A stretch of 63,230 nt of DNA, filler included, from Globobulimina sp. (GCA_003354225.1; 18 parts of 18 records of this genome joined end to end with filler, not necessarily neighbours in it), one strand, 5' to 3'; shown: positions 36,177 through 49,637, counted from the whole stretch's first letter. A program made the numbers and translations. Notes: generated by a model not told the origin, from the sequence alone.

Positions 36177-38616
36177 ATGGCTTCGTTGCTTTTGGTGTTT
36201 TTGCAAACCCAACATATACTTTTATCAAAAAGCCAATCTTATACATATTTGCATTATGATCGAATGAACTATTTATCAAATTGGCAATCAATTGATAATA
36301 CATCAATAGTCTCATCATCCAATTGTCCCTCGAAACCCATCACAGCATTTAATAAAACATTTCCAGCCCAAATACAAACAGAAACTCCACCTAATAAAAT
36401 CTGTATATCATCGCCAAATAACTCTTCCTCTTTCAATGGTCAATATGTACAACAACAATATTCTGATTCACATGACTTCACCACAATATATTACAATATG
36501 AAAGCAAATACATACATTCATGAATTACCTATCAACGCAGGAAACTATCAATATTATATTACTAACAACATAACAATTGCAAACGATACAATTATTGCTC
36601 GTGGGTCATTGAACGGAAGATGGGAAGTATTATATAATAACACATTTCATGCTGATATCAATATCCTTTCAATACCATGTGGCAATATTTACATTGATGG
36701 AAGCAATCATGCATTTAATAACGAAGATGCTTTTATTTGGTCTCACTTTAATCGCACACGACGTACAAATATATATTATTGTAAACAATGTATCTATAAA
36801 AAATATGGCATGTATTTATTTGGTTGGATATGGAGCAATTATTATCTTTGGGCAATAGGCCCGCATTTCAATAAAGGATACGCAGTCAGTGCATGCACTC
36901 TCGGTTATGATTTTTCAGATGATTATACATTTGACATTAATGACTGTTCCAATGGGTCGTGGCAAACCGCGGGCATTTTGAGTGAGTCATGGCTCTCTGA
37001 TATTGATATGAGGATTTCCAATGAACGCACCATATCAATACTTCCGGATACTAAAATTTGTGTACATGTCAATGGTTCACATAACTCGAGTTATAGCTAT
37101 TTAGATGGTGAATATCGATGGTTATATTATGATTCAGATCTAAACAGTTCAGTATATTATAACATACATGAAAATCTATTTTTGTATCCGTTTATTTCCA
37201 GCGATAATGAATATCAATATCGTATTTCAAACAATATTGATCATGATGTTAATGCGTCAGTCATTGCGTATTGTACCATTAGTGATGTCTACATATTTAG
37301 CATCAATGATTGCATCGGGAACTGGAATGTTGACTTAATAGCAACACCGTGTCAGGATTTATGCGTTGATGGCAGCGAGGTATCCTTTCTTGATGGGGCT
37401 ACATTTGTTTATTCTCATTTTAATGCGACACGTGGCACAAATATATATTATTGCGAAGAATGCGTGAATGGGGATATTAACGGGTATTATTTATACAGTT
37501 TGATTGATGAACGTGACGAATATGCATGGCATATCGGTTATGATTACAACAAAGCGAGTGCGTGGAGTTATTGCTATCTTAATGAAAATTTAACAAACGC
37601 TTACATATTCAAAATAGATCATTGTTTGAAGTCTGACAGTTGGGTATCGTGGTTTTTGTGGGGGTCTGACTCTGATTGGAGCTATGATTCAAATATGAAA
37701 ATATCAAAATGTAATTCAGAGGAAAGTTTAGCTAAAGAAATGTGTGTTAAATTAGATTCAAAATTATATCAAACTTATTCGATTGACGATAGTTATCGGA
37801 ATTTTGCGATTGGAATTGATATCAATATGACTTTAAACGAAAATGAAATATTTGTAATAAATTATAATTGTGATATTGATACAGAAATAAGTGAATTGAT
37901 GGAGTTGGTAATATTTAATGAATCTTTGATGGTGGCTGATATTTTATATCTACTTCCAAGCGAATGTGATAATTCATCAACGATATCAATTAAATTTAGT
38001 GTCGAAAGTATTGTCTTTGATACTATTAATTATAATGCATTGCAAGTATATATTGATAATGTATATTTATATTATAATGTAGATGATATTATTTTTTATG
38101 ATGACATTAGAAACGATAAAAGTGTAAAAACATCAAATTGTACTTCAGCTGCAGATGATTATTGTTATGTATTGTGGTCATATGCGACTACATTGAATTA
38201 TAGTTATAAAGATTTGAATTTTGAATGGTTATTAAACACAAATGGTCTACACAACAGCACAATATTTACTGTTGGAGTAGAATGCGATAATTATTTATGT
38301 ATTTTAAAGCAGTATAATTTTGCACATGATTGCATCAATGATTTCTGTAATATTGAATCATATAATTTGCCGCATGAATGTGATTTTTCATCACAAATAA
38401 GAATTGAATTTTCCTTGCACTCATCCTCAATGCCGACAGATATGAATCATATGATGTACATAGATTATGTGCAGCTAACTCATTCAAATACATTTGGGCA
38501 AACCTCTGTGTGTATTACGTCACAGCCTACTTTGTCTCCCACATCCACCATAGCATCAACACTCTCATTAGATAGCTCTGATGGTGAAGATTTAATAAAC
38601 AGTTTTGAATTTAGTG
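36177..38616 (+). CDS. Large secreted/surface protein with internal Cys/Tyr/Trp-rich repeats; 3' partial
   Basis: Signal peptide-like N-terminus, >800 open codons, duplicated SHFNxTRxTNIYYCxxC module. Confidence 0.8.
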
Positions 38617-38716
38617 NNNNNNNNNNNNNNNNNNNNNNNNNNNNNNNNNNNNNNNNNNNNTTAATTAATTAANNNNNNNNNNNNNNNNNNNNNNNNNNNN
38701 NNNNNNNNNNNNNNNN

Positions 38717-39215
38717 AAACTTCATGGCGGTTTTCAATCGTTTGAAAGTGAATATGATAATACGGAACGTGAAATTGAATCAAATACCGGATGGGGCGGT
38801 TTTATTGCGTCTCTACCAAAGAACTTTGATTTGAAATATAATTTCGTATATGATCGAACTCTGGCCGATTTTGATACCGTTGCAACTGATAACATCAACA
38901 ACTATTTCTATTTGTCACGGACTTGGCCCGGGAAATTAAAAGCAACACTCGGTTATCAAACCGGTTTGCAGGATGATTACGATAATGCCATTAAGTCAAA
39001 TCATTTCAATTTCGCGATCTGGGCAAAACCGTTTGACAAGCTATCTCTTCGTGGAAGTCACGGACTCGGCAAAACTGATGTTGATGAAGGGACTCGTCAT
39101 ATAGGTGATGAGGAGCGCTCACTATTTAAGTTCTCGGCAAAATACAAGGATGACAAATTAGGTGTTATCAAGTTAAAATACTCCTCGAAATCTCGAGAGA
39201 ACAAAGATATAGGAT
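38717..39215 (+). CDS. Fragment of a bacterial-type outer-membrane beta-barrel protein (chimeric contig end)
   Basis: Amphipathic beta-strand pattern (LKATLGY, FAIWAKPFDKLSLRGSHG, FKFSAKYK), no introns, composition unlike the downstream DNA. Family assignment is by pattern only. Confidence 0.6.
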
Positions 39216-39571
39216 CGGATCATTCCGATGGTGGACTCGATCACGATGTAACATGGGCTATGATATTACCTGTTTCTGATATGGTTATCACATCGATTAT
39301 GTTGTATTTACAGTTTAATTTTACGCACAGAGTGTATCGAGTAATGTGTCGTTGTTTCGATGTGATATTTTTAAAATGTATGTTGCGAGTAATACGACAT
39401 TATTTAGGGAAACAACAGCAACAACAGGCGAATGAAAAAAAATCTTCTTTTATTTTGGATAACCATGAACAAAATAGGATATCCATAGAATTACATACAA
39501 AAACAGCTGCAACCACAACTCCATTAACTAACTGTAATACTCCTGTGAGTGCTGACACACAATCCATTTAA
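39216..39571 (+). CDS. C-terminal fragment of a eukaryotic 7TM/GPCR-like membrane protein
   Basis: Last TM and helix-8-like segment DMVITSIMLYLQFNF...YRVMCRCFD, poly-Q tail, AT-rich 3' UTR. Confidence 0.55.
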
Positions 39572-39955
39572 TCCATAACAATTTTGTATATATTTAGAAT
39601 GTGGACAATACCAGAAGCATCACTGTAATATCTGCACTCATATAGTTCATACCATTTATTTCTATATTTTCTTTTTTGTACTGTAAATATATTATAAAAC
39701 ATAGTTTAAATCATTGTATTAAATATTATTTTTGTTATAATTTCAGTAACTTTTGTATATGAGAAAAAAAAATAACTAAATAAATCCTTTTCGCCAGAAA
39801 CAGTCAAAATATCTGACCATAAAAGCGTTTTTTTTATTCAGATCGTTTCTAGCCAAACTGTTATTTCTACAGAAACGATGACTAGCTCAGCAAACTAAAC
39901 TACACAAATTTCGACAACATAAATAACAGTTTGCATATTTGCTATGGCGATTCGG

Positions 39956-40091
39956 AGGCTGGACAACCTGATTAGTTACATCGTAACTATTTAGTGACTA
40001 TTTCAATCCAAAAAAGAAAATGTGGTAACTATTTAGCAACTATTTAGAAACTAATCAGATTGGCCAACCTATCTTGAGGGAAATGACTGTA
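39956..40091. mobile_element. Possible MITE / Tc1-mariner-type end
   Basis: 22-nt imperfect inverted repeat (39956-39977 / 40049-40070), internal AACTATTTAG repeats, right end reads TA|CAGTCATTT on the minus strand. Confidence 0.35.
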
Positions 40092-40159
40092 CTTTGTGTG
40101 AAAACTTACGTCGAAATTGACAAGCTAGACAGAGAAAGTTTCTATATACGTTTTGTTTG

Positions 40160-42133
40160 TTACATTCCCAAAGCCTGATTGGGCGCAACTCTGATCATGG
40201 CTTTCATCCATCTGAAATGGTGGTCGCAAGGGTCAACTTTCTCCGCCAAAAGTCTCTGAATTTGTTGTTCTTTGTTGGGAGCGATGCCGGCGGGGCCTTT
40301 TTGGTTCAAAATGTCAATCAAATCCGCCCTCCATTCAAATCCATCAATGTCCGGCAATCCGCCCTGCCAAAAATTGGGCGCTTCCTCAGTCATCCAAATT
40401 GGTAACGATTTCCTATCCTTTTCATTCAAATCGTATTGGCTGAAATCCTCCACTTTGTCGTACATTTCCTGGTGTTTCTTCAATCCCTCCCTTCCTTCCT
40501 GCACCATGTCATGCGACCAACCGCGCGGTAATTGGTACGAAACGCCATCAGTTTCCGGATAAGCTTCGACCATTCTTTGTCCCCTATCTTCGCAGTCCTG
40601 CGTCGCATTGGTTGCGCGCAAGAAACACGACCAAACTGCGCGCATTCGAACATATGGCGACCTCCGCTGTTTCCCTTCAAACCGCGCACAAAAATCCCGA
40701 ATGCCAAACGCCGAACAGATCGCTTTTATAATTGGCGGACCGCGCTCGCCGTAACCAATTGGTTTGGGCACAATGAAGCACCTAAAAATAAAACAGAATC
40801 AAATCAAACTCAATTGAACTTTCCAGAAAATACTATATAATAAAATCACGCACCTCAACCGATGGTATTTGCCGTAGAGTGTATGCGCAATGCTGTGGTT
40901 CCGGTATCGCGGCACATAAATCATATTGGTGCCCGCCATATATTCCGCCTTTTTCACCGCATCCATGAAAGAAGTGGCTCGCCCGATGCCTAAGCCAGCG
41001 CAGCCTCGCCCATTCCCCGCAATCTTCATCACGTGGAAAGTGGGCGACTTTGCCGGTTTGTACTGATTTCGCGTCATCTTCGACTTCCAGCTGAACTCAA
41101 TCAAGTTGTCCCAGCGCGGCGTATACGATTTGGGCATAATCCGCTGCCGCTGCGGTAATTGGATGCGTTGTATACTCGCAGTCTTTCCTTTGTCTTTGGG
41201 CAGGAAGCCGTACGTATTTATAATATTTAACGGTCGGTTCGCGTCTTCTGACCACAAATCATAGTCGAAATCCGGAGAATATGCGATGCCGTCCGATTCC
41301 TGCACTTTTTTGTGCGGTTTCACGCCTTGTTTGATCATCAAAGCTGGCTCGTCCTCCAACGACTCGCCCTTCTGAACATATCTCGGATTCCGAGGGTCCG
41401 CACTCAGCAACGCCTCATGGTTCCGGTACGCCGGCAAAGGAATGTGCGGATCGTAATAGTTTGGCGGCACAAACGGGATCTGCTCAGCATCCAATTGGTA
41501 GTCCGAACGCGCCAAATTGGAATGGTTAAAGAATTCGGGGATGGAAGCGGACAAATTCTGCCAACCGAACGCTTTCTGATCGTTCAAATGTTTCAATTGC
41601 TGCGGCAAATAAGGCGGCCGGATGTCGTCTGCGAACTTATTGGCCATCGACGACGCGTATTCTACCTCGAAGTCGCCGATGGAGGTATTTCCTTCGGCGG
41701 TCAGTTCGCGTAAATAGCGGTTGTCGTTCCACATACCGCGGCCGGACTGCGTCTGCCGCTGCTTCCATTTCGCAGTCACGTCCGTCGGATATGAATGCAA
41801 GGCGCTCCAATCCGGGATAGGATCGCTGTTGTCCCAATCATACGGCTTGCTGTAGCGGGAGGAGACCATCTGATTTATGAAATGGTTCCATTTGTTCTCT
41901 TCCAGTTTGCGCAAATACCACTCATTGAACACGGCGCAAACGTCTGCATCGGAGGCACAGTCCTTTTCTTTCTCCATTTCGGCCTGCTTGTATCGAGTCA
42001 GTCGTTCATGATAATCTTGCGGCTTTTCGCCGGACTTTTGCTGCGGAATGTTTTTGATGTCATTGAATATGTTTTTTTCTTCTTGCAGGCACTTTTCCCG
42101 CGAGTTTCGCGGTGTGGTATAATGCTCATCGCT
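40160..42133 (-). CDS. MRPS5: Mitochondrial ribosomal protein uS5m with long extensions; 5' partial; intron 40853-40782
   Basis: S5 N-domain IAGNGRGCAGLGIGRA...AVKKA...IYVPRYRNHSIAH splices to the S5 C-domain PKPIGYG...IKAICSAFGIRD. Confidence 0.88.
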
Positions 42134-42233
42134 NNNNNNNNNNNNNNNNNNNNNNNNNNNNNNNNNNNNNNNNNNNNTTAATTAATTAANNNNNNNNNNN
42201 NNNNNNNNNNNNNNNNNNNNNNNNNNNNNNNNN

Positions 42234-43153
42234 GTTTTATATTTTTACCGTTTATGTTATTGTTATTTGCTTATAATAAATTGTATGGTTTGCTCATCTC
42301 ATTGGTTCCAACAGCAATATGTGTAATAATTAGATTGTATTATGCATTTTATTATGATTTTAGTGCCAATGAAATTTCTCCCAATATCCCAGCAATTCAT
42401 GATGGAAACCAAAATAATATGTCTTATATGCAGCCATGGACGAGAATGAGTGTTTATTTTATTGGTGTTTCATTAATGTTTATTTTTTTAATGATTGATG
42501 AGAAATATAAAGAGAATAAATTTATTTTGGAGAAAGTTCATTATTTTGCATTAATATTGTTATCGTCCTTTATTATGTTGTCTTTGGTTGTTTGGCCATA
42601 TCAAGACATCAAAGATGAGCCAAATAATCGATGGAACTTATTATCGAATCAATTTTATTATGCGTTGAGTAGACCGGCATGGGGCATTGCTTTGGCTCTC
42701 TTAACCTTTGCACTGAAATATATGAATAATGTTAAGCAGAAATCGGTGATCAAAGCGTTTCTCTCATTAGAAATGTATCAACCTCTCGGAAAATTAACTT
42801 TTTTGATGTATTTATTGCATATGCCGATATTTGCAATTTGGTCGTCGGATCTTTCGCATCCCGCATATTATACCGGATGGAACGAACTGATGTTATGTGT
42901 CGGAGCTTGGTTTATTTCGGCTTTTCTTGCCTTAATATTATGGTTTGTTATGGAAAAACCGATCGCCAATTTGGTGAATGCCTTTTTTAAACGTGTTCAA
43001 AAATATTGCAATAATAAGCATAAGCAAAAGAAGCAAAGGAAGAATGAAGAATTATTATTACTGAATGAGGTTCTCGATGACGACAAAGAAGCAACTTCGT
43101 CATCTTTACGGATGGGCGCCATGACCAACGCAACAGTGGTTGTTGAGGAATAA
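42234..43153 (+). CDS. Acyltransferase-3 / NRF-6-like membrane O-acyltransferase; 5' partial
   Basis: YMQPWTRMSVYFIG, LSRPAWG, PLGKLTFLMYLLH, LWFVMEKP. Confidence 0.9.
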
Positions 43154-43638
43154 CAAAATTACATTCTATTTTTTTATCTTTAATTATTTTTTATAAAACT
43201 ATTATCTATGTATTGTGTACGTAGTATGTTATTATCTCTATTCATTAATTACTATTTTCCAGTTTTATCTGCCTTCCAAAGTATACAGTTGTGAAGTTTT
43301 GGAAATGTTCTAAAGTTATCGAAATGTCAAACACAAAATCTCGGGAAAATGTTGTGTACTTAATTTTATCGTTTTCGGATTTTATCCAAATTCTCCATAT
43401 GTGTAGGTCTACTCCAAACTGTCAGTCCAAATATTGTATACAAAAAAGTCCGCCTAAATAGTTTCTCAAATAAGTCTGGAGACAACAATAATTACTAATC
43501 CGAGCAAATACTTTTTTCCTTTCAATCTCCAGTTCGCCGCGCAATCCTTCATTGGATGCGGCATTCCCAACAAATTGGTCCTGATGATGGGTTTGGTGAC
43601 GCCTTTAGCATCGCTGCAAGAACGTTGAAAGTAAATTT

Positions 43639-45650
43639 TTAAGAATGGCTGGATTTTCCTAAAGTTGCTTCAATAAAAACGTTCGGCGTCGTAATCTGTA
43701 GACAAATGAACCGAAATACACACATATATAAAAAAAAAGATGATACAGGATAAAGTATCAAGTTTGTTTACTTTAAGGCAGTGATACTTTTTGAATTTGA
43801 ATTACTTCTTTAACTTGATAACATATTTTAATTTTCAACTGTTGATCATCATTCAAATGCAACTGATTAAGACTAAATAGAGAACTCCCTTTTGATGTTT
43901 TTTTACTTGAAAATGAGCACCAATCCCATTTACAGAGCGGAATCGATTCAATCCATAATCCGCCCAACATCCTCACAGATTCAATTGTTTCCGGTAATGA
44001 AACCACAATAAATTCACCTTTAAACATATCCTGTTTCTTGATATGATCATATTTTTTGTAACATCGAAATCCAAACGTAATCTTTAAATCTCTTGGCTTG
44101 TTTTTATTTATATTCTCCTTTTCTTTGCTTTGTTTTAACTGTTTGAATTGTTTTAAACTCATTGGTTTATTTATGGTAACATCATTATTTACATTTATAT
44201 CCAGCGCCACATCCATATCCATATCATCATTGTTGTATATTTCCACATGATCGAATGGCTTCGATTTTAACGGATGCGTTCTAGCCGTCATAAATAAATG
44301 TTTTTTGTCAACAATAAATGTGTCGACGTGCGCATATTTGCTTTGTATATTAAATGGTTTCTTTTTCAAAAATGGTAAGAAATCATTTAAAAATACCGTC
44401 TTTAATTCAGGTAACAACGTATCACATTCTTTATTGATCCATATCGTTTTTTTTATTACATTTTTCGTCATTGTCTCAAATAATGATTGAATGTATGGAT
44501 CGATATAATTTAGTCCTAATCCCAAATCTAAATCAATTTTAACCATTCCATTCCCACCGTCGTCAGAGCTCGAAACATGAGAATGATGGTTTTTGTCTTC
44601 CATCATATTTTCAATCATTTTGACAATGCGTCGTTGATGTTTCTTTTGATGATAGTCATTGTTTCGCGTAAACCATCGGCCACGGATTATTTTGTCGTAT
44701 AACTTAAGGGACAAAACATAGTCGTGATGCGATAATGAATCGTACACAATGTCGATAAATGACAATTTATCGCCAAATATTAACACTTCCCTTTCATTTG
44801 GATAAGCGCTAAAATCCGATAAGGGGAACATATAATTTTTGTCTTTGGTTAGCTGCATACGGCCCAATTTTAAGCAAATACCGGATACAAATTCATTTGC
44901 AAAGTTCTTAGCCACTGAATATTGACTGGTACACGAGATACAAATATTAAATTGTATGCAAGAGATGTCTTTAAAAGTCATTTTATAATTCAAACCATGA
45001 TAAATATATTGCGAATCGGTCAATAAATCTCCAAATAACATCACTGATTCATGCAATAATTTGTTCCAAGTTGCAATCTCACACATTTTAGCTAATAATT
45101 CTTGTTTATTATTATCTTTTCGATTCTTTTTCATCCATGAATTGGTATTAAATTTCCTCTCAATGCTTGAATAATTACATCGCGTCAATAAGACAATGAC
45201 ATTTTCAATATTCATTCTTCTTTGTTTAGAAATATTGCAATCAATCTCTCTCTTTCTTATCATCGATTTGCATCCTTCATCGCATAGCATATATTCTTGA
45301 GCCATGTTATAAATACAAAAGAAATCATTCACACACAAACAATGTATGCTATTATTCAATAATTCATGTTTTAAATCAGCATATTTGGCCTGGCAGTAAT
45401 TACGTTTCTGCTTATTATAAAAATCCACTTTAATTCCAAACTCATAGTGTGGCGCATCGATAATAACGGTTTGATTGCCAATGTTATGCTGTCTCTGTCG
45501 GTCAGCTGCCGCCGCTGCCATTTCCTCCTCCTCCTGGCCAATATTGATAAACGTGACAAACTTTGTGCCATTCGATATGGCATTGTGTAAAAAAGAAGAA
45601 TGGATCACATCTAATAATTTCTGTAAATTTATTTCAAATATTTCCTCCTC
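43639..45650 (-). CDS. Protein with ADP-ribosyltransferase-like domain; 5' partial; intron 43787-43696
   Basis: IYHGL...ISCTSQYSVAKNFA...GICLKL...SDFSAYPNEREVLIFG follows the R/H-STS-ExE ART pattern. Terminal exon ITTPNVFIEATLGKSSHS after a CTACAG acceptor. Confidence 0.7.
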
Positions 45651-45750
45651 NNNNNNNNNNNNNNNNNNNNNNNNNNNNNNNNNNNNNNNNNNNNTTAATT
45701 AATTAANNNNNNNNNNNNNNNNNNNNNNNNNNNNNNNNNNNNNNNNNNNN

Positions 45751-48700
45751 TCGATACGTGGCCTGTTCAATTTGGTAAGCGGTTGAAAGCCCCGACCAAT
45801 GCGACCGGAACCACCACAGATAAATCCTCCGCGTACACAGAGGACCCCGATGAGAATAAATATGGCGATTCGGATATTATACAAGATGAGGATCAGTTAA
45901 ATAGTACGGATATTATACAAATTGATTCATTTTCCTTTTTTTTTACGCGGGACAGTCCGGCGCAGCTAACCAATGATAATTATATCGATGCTTTTCATTT
46001 GGATGAACAGATATTACCGCAGCAAAAGTTTGAAGTGGTGGTCCATAATCAATGCATTATTAATTATGGGCCGTATGCCGATGATTTGCGTTCAAAGTTA
46101 ATGAGTAATTTCTTACCGTTTATGTTCCAACACAGGGAATGCACGCCTTTGATCCCCACAAATATTGGCGAATATTTTAACTTTGCCACATTAGATATTA
46201 TTATTAAATTCGAGGAGCCGCGTTTTCAATTAGATGCAGATAAATATTCAGATACGGCCTCCAGTCTCAATTCAGATGAAAAACCACTAAAATCGCAAAA
46301 ATATAATATGAATATACCGTGGTTTATATTTAATATCCCGTTCTCTGCAAATATTGATGATGAAGCGAGGCGATTGGAGGAGGAGAAGGTGATCGATAAC
46401 CATTTAATGCAAATAAAGTTTGGCGCAAATTCATTGATTAAGATCTCTATTCCGTGGATGGTGCCCGATTGCAATGCAAATAAATGTGATGCGACGTGTA
46501 TTGATTTGTCGTTAACACCGTGTAATATCTCAAGCAGTATTCGTAAATCAGAGCTATATCATTCTATTATCGATACGGATAAATTCCTAATCAAATATAA
46601 ATGGTTGACGCCGTTGAAATGGAATGATTTGCAAAAGCATGAAATCGAATTGACACTGATTAAAATTGACAGGATCAGCAAAATCTATTTCCTCTCGGAA
46701 CATATCAATGTATTCACTTCGTTGTCTACAGATTGGTTCTCGTATCGACCGGAGGTAACCATCGAATATTTCGTACCGTCGGTGACTACGATCAAATTAC
46801 ATGCCAAAGAATCGGAGATTGTGACTTGCGTCAATTATCAGAATGTGATCCATCTTTGCGGCGGTATTAATTTTTTAGAACACTTGCATTTGTACGAAAG
46901 TGAGGAGTTTTTAGACAACCCAACCAATGCTCGATTGAAATGGAAAGGCATCATTGATATGGAATTGTCGCTGCCGTCAACGGACTGGAAACCATCGGTA
47001 TCAAATATGAATATGTTGCTAGAGATGCGAATGAATGAATTGTTTCTGGAATTACCGTCGCAACACCCTTTTACCGATATGATGCCCAATAATTATAAGA
47101 AACGCTGCTACGATGACCATCAATGTTTGACGTTTCGCAAAGCGAAATTTTCGATGAATTATATCTATCATAACGTATATTATCGGGAACATCGCGATTC
47201 TATGAACATCAGCATTGATGTCACCGATCCCGAGTTTAAAATCTATGGCCATTTCTTGCGTTATTATTGGAACTTTATCCAAAATTATTCCTCCGTCTAC
47301 TCTGAGTTTCTAACCATGGAAGAATTCCGCAATGAGTATAAGTTCAACAATACCACAGCTTTCGATAAAAGGAAGAAACTGCGCAATACCGGTCAGAAGA
47401 AGAATTCCTTTGAAGTTTATACGCAAATTTGTGTACACAACGCCTCATTGATATTGCCGTCGAGCATCATTGGCACCACAAATCATACCAATTATCAGCA
47501 GAAAATGATGAATTCCAAGCATTTAAAACCAAAATTAAAGTTTGAAGAATTGATGTTGGATTTTCGTACCACCGATGAATATAATAATATGTATATCCAT
47601 TGTTCGCCCATTCGATGTATGATACCATTGACTGAACAGGAACAATCCAATAAGAATAATATAAATACCTTTTTAAGCATTGATTCGTTTGTATTAAAAC
47701 GACAGAGTTGGAATGGTTTACCACCGCAATATTTAACCTATTCGCAATCTATAAATGGCGACATCGGTAAGATCAAAATACAATTATTTGATTGTCAGTT
47801 GCAGCGATTAATACACTCCATCAACGCTTTTATGTTACAGTACAATAATTCCTTTGATTCGCGTTGTTTTGACTTCAGGGAACGGGAACATTTAATCTCT
47901 GCCACCAATGATAATCCGGACCAAATTGATTATCCATCCGAGGAACTATCGATTATGAATATTAATTTTGACATAAAATCTATCGATATTTGCATATATC
48001 ACAATATAAATATGTTCCGCTACCAACATATTACTCGTTGTATCTGTCCCTATGGGATCCAAATCAAATCCTCTTCGGAATCTACGCTTGAATTTGCACA
48101 AAAAACGGTTATACTTTGTAATAAAATCGAGCTACAACATTTGATATCCACTGCGAAGCCAAATGACGAGAAGAAAGCAGCTGATATGGACGATAACATT
48201 CGAAATCGAAGGGGCAATATACGGAATCGAAAGGGCGGGCAAAATAAAAAAGAAAAGCAAAACAAATCAACGCGTCAAAGAGGCAAAAACCAACGCAACA
48301 GAAAATATGACAAAGCCAATAAAAATAAATTTGTGAAGGATGATTTTGATTTGTTATGTGTAGGTTCATTGGATTCGCATTTTCAGATTATTCTAACCAC
48401 TGAGCGTTCAGACCAAGAAGTATATCAATCCAAACAACGCAATTTCGAGAACATACAGTTGCAGCAAACCGAAGATGATGTCGAGATGGATCAAGATTGG
48501 CCCTTTCATCTGCTTAACACCATATATATGCAAGAACCGCTACCAAAGCACCGAGCTCCCAATAGGAATCCTAAAAATATGCCAGTTTATCAACAGACGG
48601 AATTAGAATATGAATTGTATGGCAACCACAGCATGAACGGTAACAGACACTCACTGATGAAAAATAATAAAAAGAATATGTATACACCGGATATTGTGTT

Positions 48701-49070
48701 GGAGGAAGAGGACGATGAGGAATTAGGCCTCGGTCCAGTCCCAGAGATCAATCCATTTGATAGCGATGATGGCAAGTTTTATGATACCAATGATGAGGAT
48801 GACAGTGCCGGGACTGGATTGATTGTGCCTGGCGATAAACAAATGCTTACAGCAGACGAGGATACGGATACTGGTTTTCATACTGCTGAGGAATTCCCAA
48901 ATTCGCCAAAACCTGGTGGTACTCGGCAAAATAGTGCCGATGTGGAGGACAGTAATGTTGCAGTGGAGGCTGCCAAAATGACCGGTTTGCAGACACCATC
49001 GCCGGAGACCGTATCGTCAAATATTGTAAAACCACCAAGGATTATCACTGAAGAAGCTGAAACAGTTTAG
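45751..49070 (+). CDS. Bridge-like lipid transfer protein BLTP1/Csf1/KIAA1109 family, internal fragment
   Basis: >1090 open codons, beta-rich. INYGPYADDLRSKLMSNFLP resembles the family motif YGPWADRQR..L...F.P; PLKWNDLQ is also conserved. The ORF probably ends at an intron donor near 49065. Confidence 0.8.
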
Positions 49071-49342
49071 TTATTTTAATTTGATTTGCACTGTTTGCAC
49101 ATCCTTCATTGTGGCGATCGGATTTCAACTTTTGTAGTTGATCGACCACCACAATGGAATTTGTTGNNNNNNNNNNNNNNNNNNNNNNNNNNNNNNNNNN
49201 NNNNNNNNNNTTAATTAATTAANNNNNNNNNNNNNNNNNNNNNNNNNNNNNNNNNNNNNNNNNNNNGCCCGACGATCTTCCATCCCTCCTCTGCCACGGC
49301 ATTATCAATGGCGCTGAAGCGGGCATTGCCCTCGATTTTTTT

Positions 49343-49637
49343 GGTTCTACGTAGATTTTTGTGGAGCGAGTGAGGTTCAGTCTTCTTCTGAATCATTTTT
49401 TATGGAATCTATATATCCATGATTAGCACAGAAGAGCATTACGAAAAATTATTAGGACTCGAGTCGCCTTGGGCCATTTCCAGAGTGGATTTAAAGCTGG
49501 ATGAGTTGCGAGTGGAAATCTTTATAGAATATCTCGGAGAAGAGGCCGCCTGCTCCGAATGTGGAAACGTCCATGGCGTTTACGATAAGACCCCGCAACG
49601 ATCTTGGCGTCACCTTGATACAATGCAGTTTGAAACG
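49343..49637 (+). mobile_element. Bacterial ISL3-family IS: left end plus truncated transposase (49419-49637)
   Basis: LLGLESPW...CSECG...YD...RSWRHLDTMQFET is the zf-ISL3 N-terminus; candidate left IR GGTTCTACGTAGATTTTTGTGG after a T-rich target. Confidence 0.85.

Noticed and set aside
43575..43635. CTGATGA...GAAA as a hammerhead ribozyme
   Set aside because: No stem II closing pair and no compatible stems I and III.
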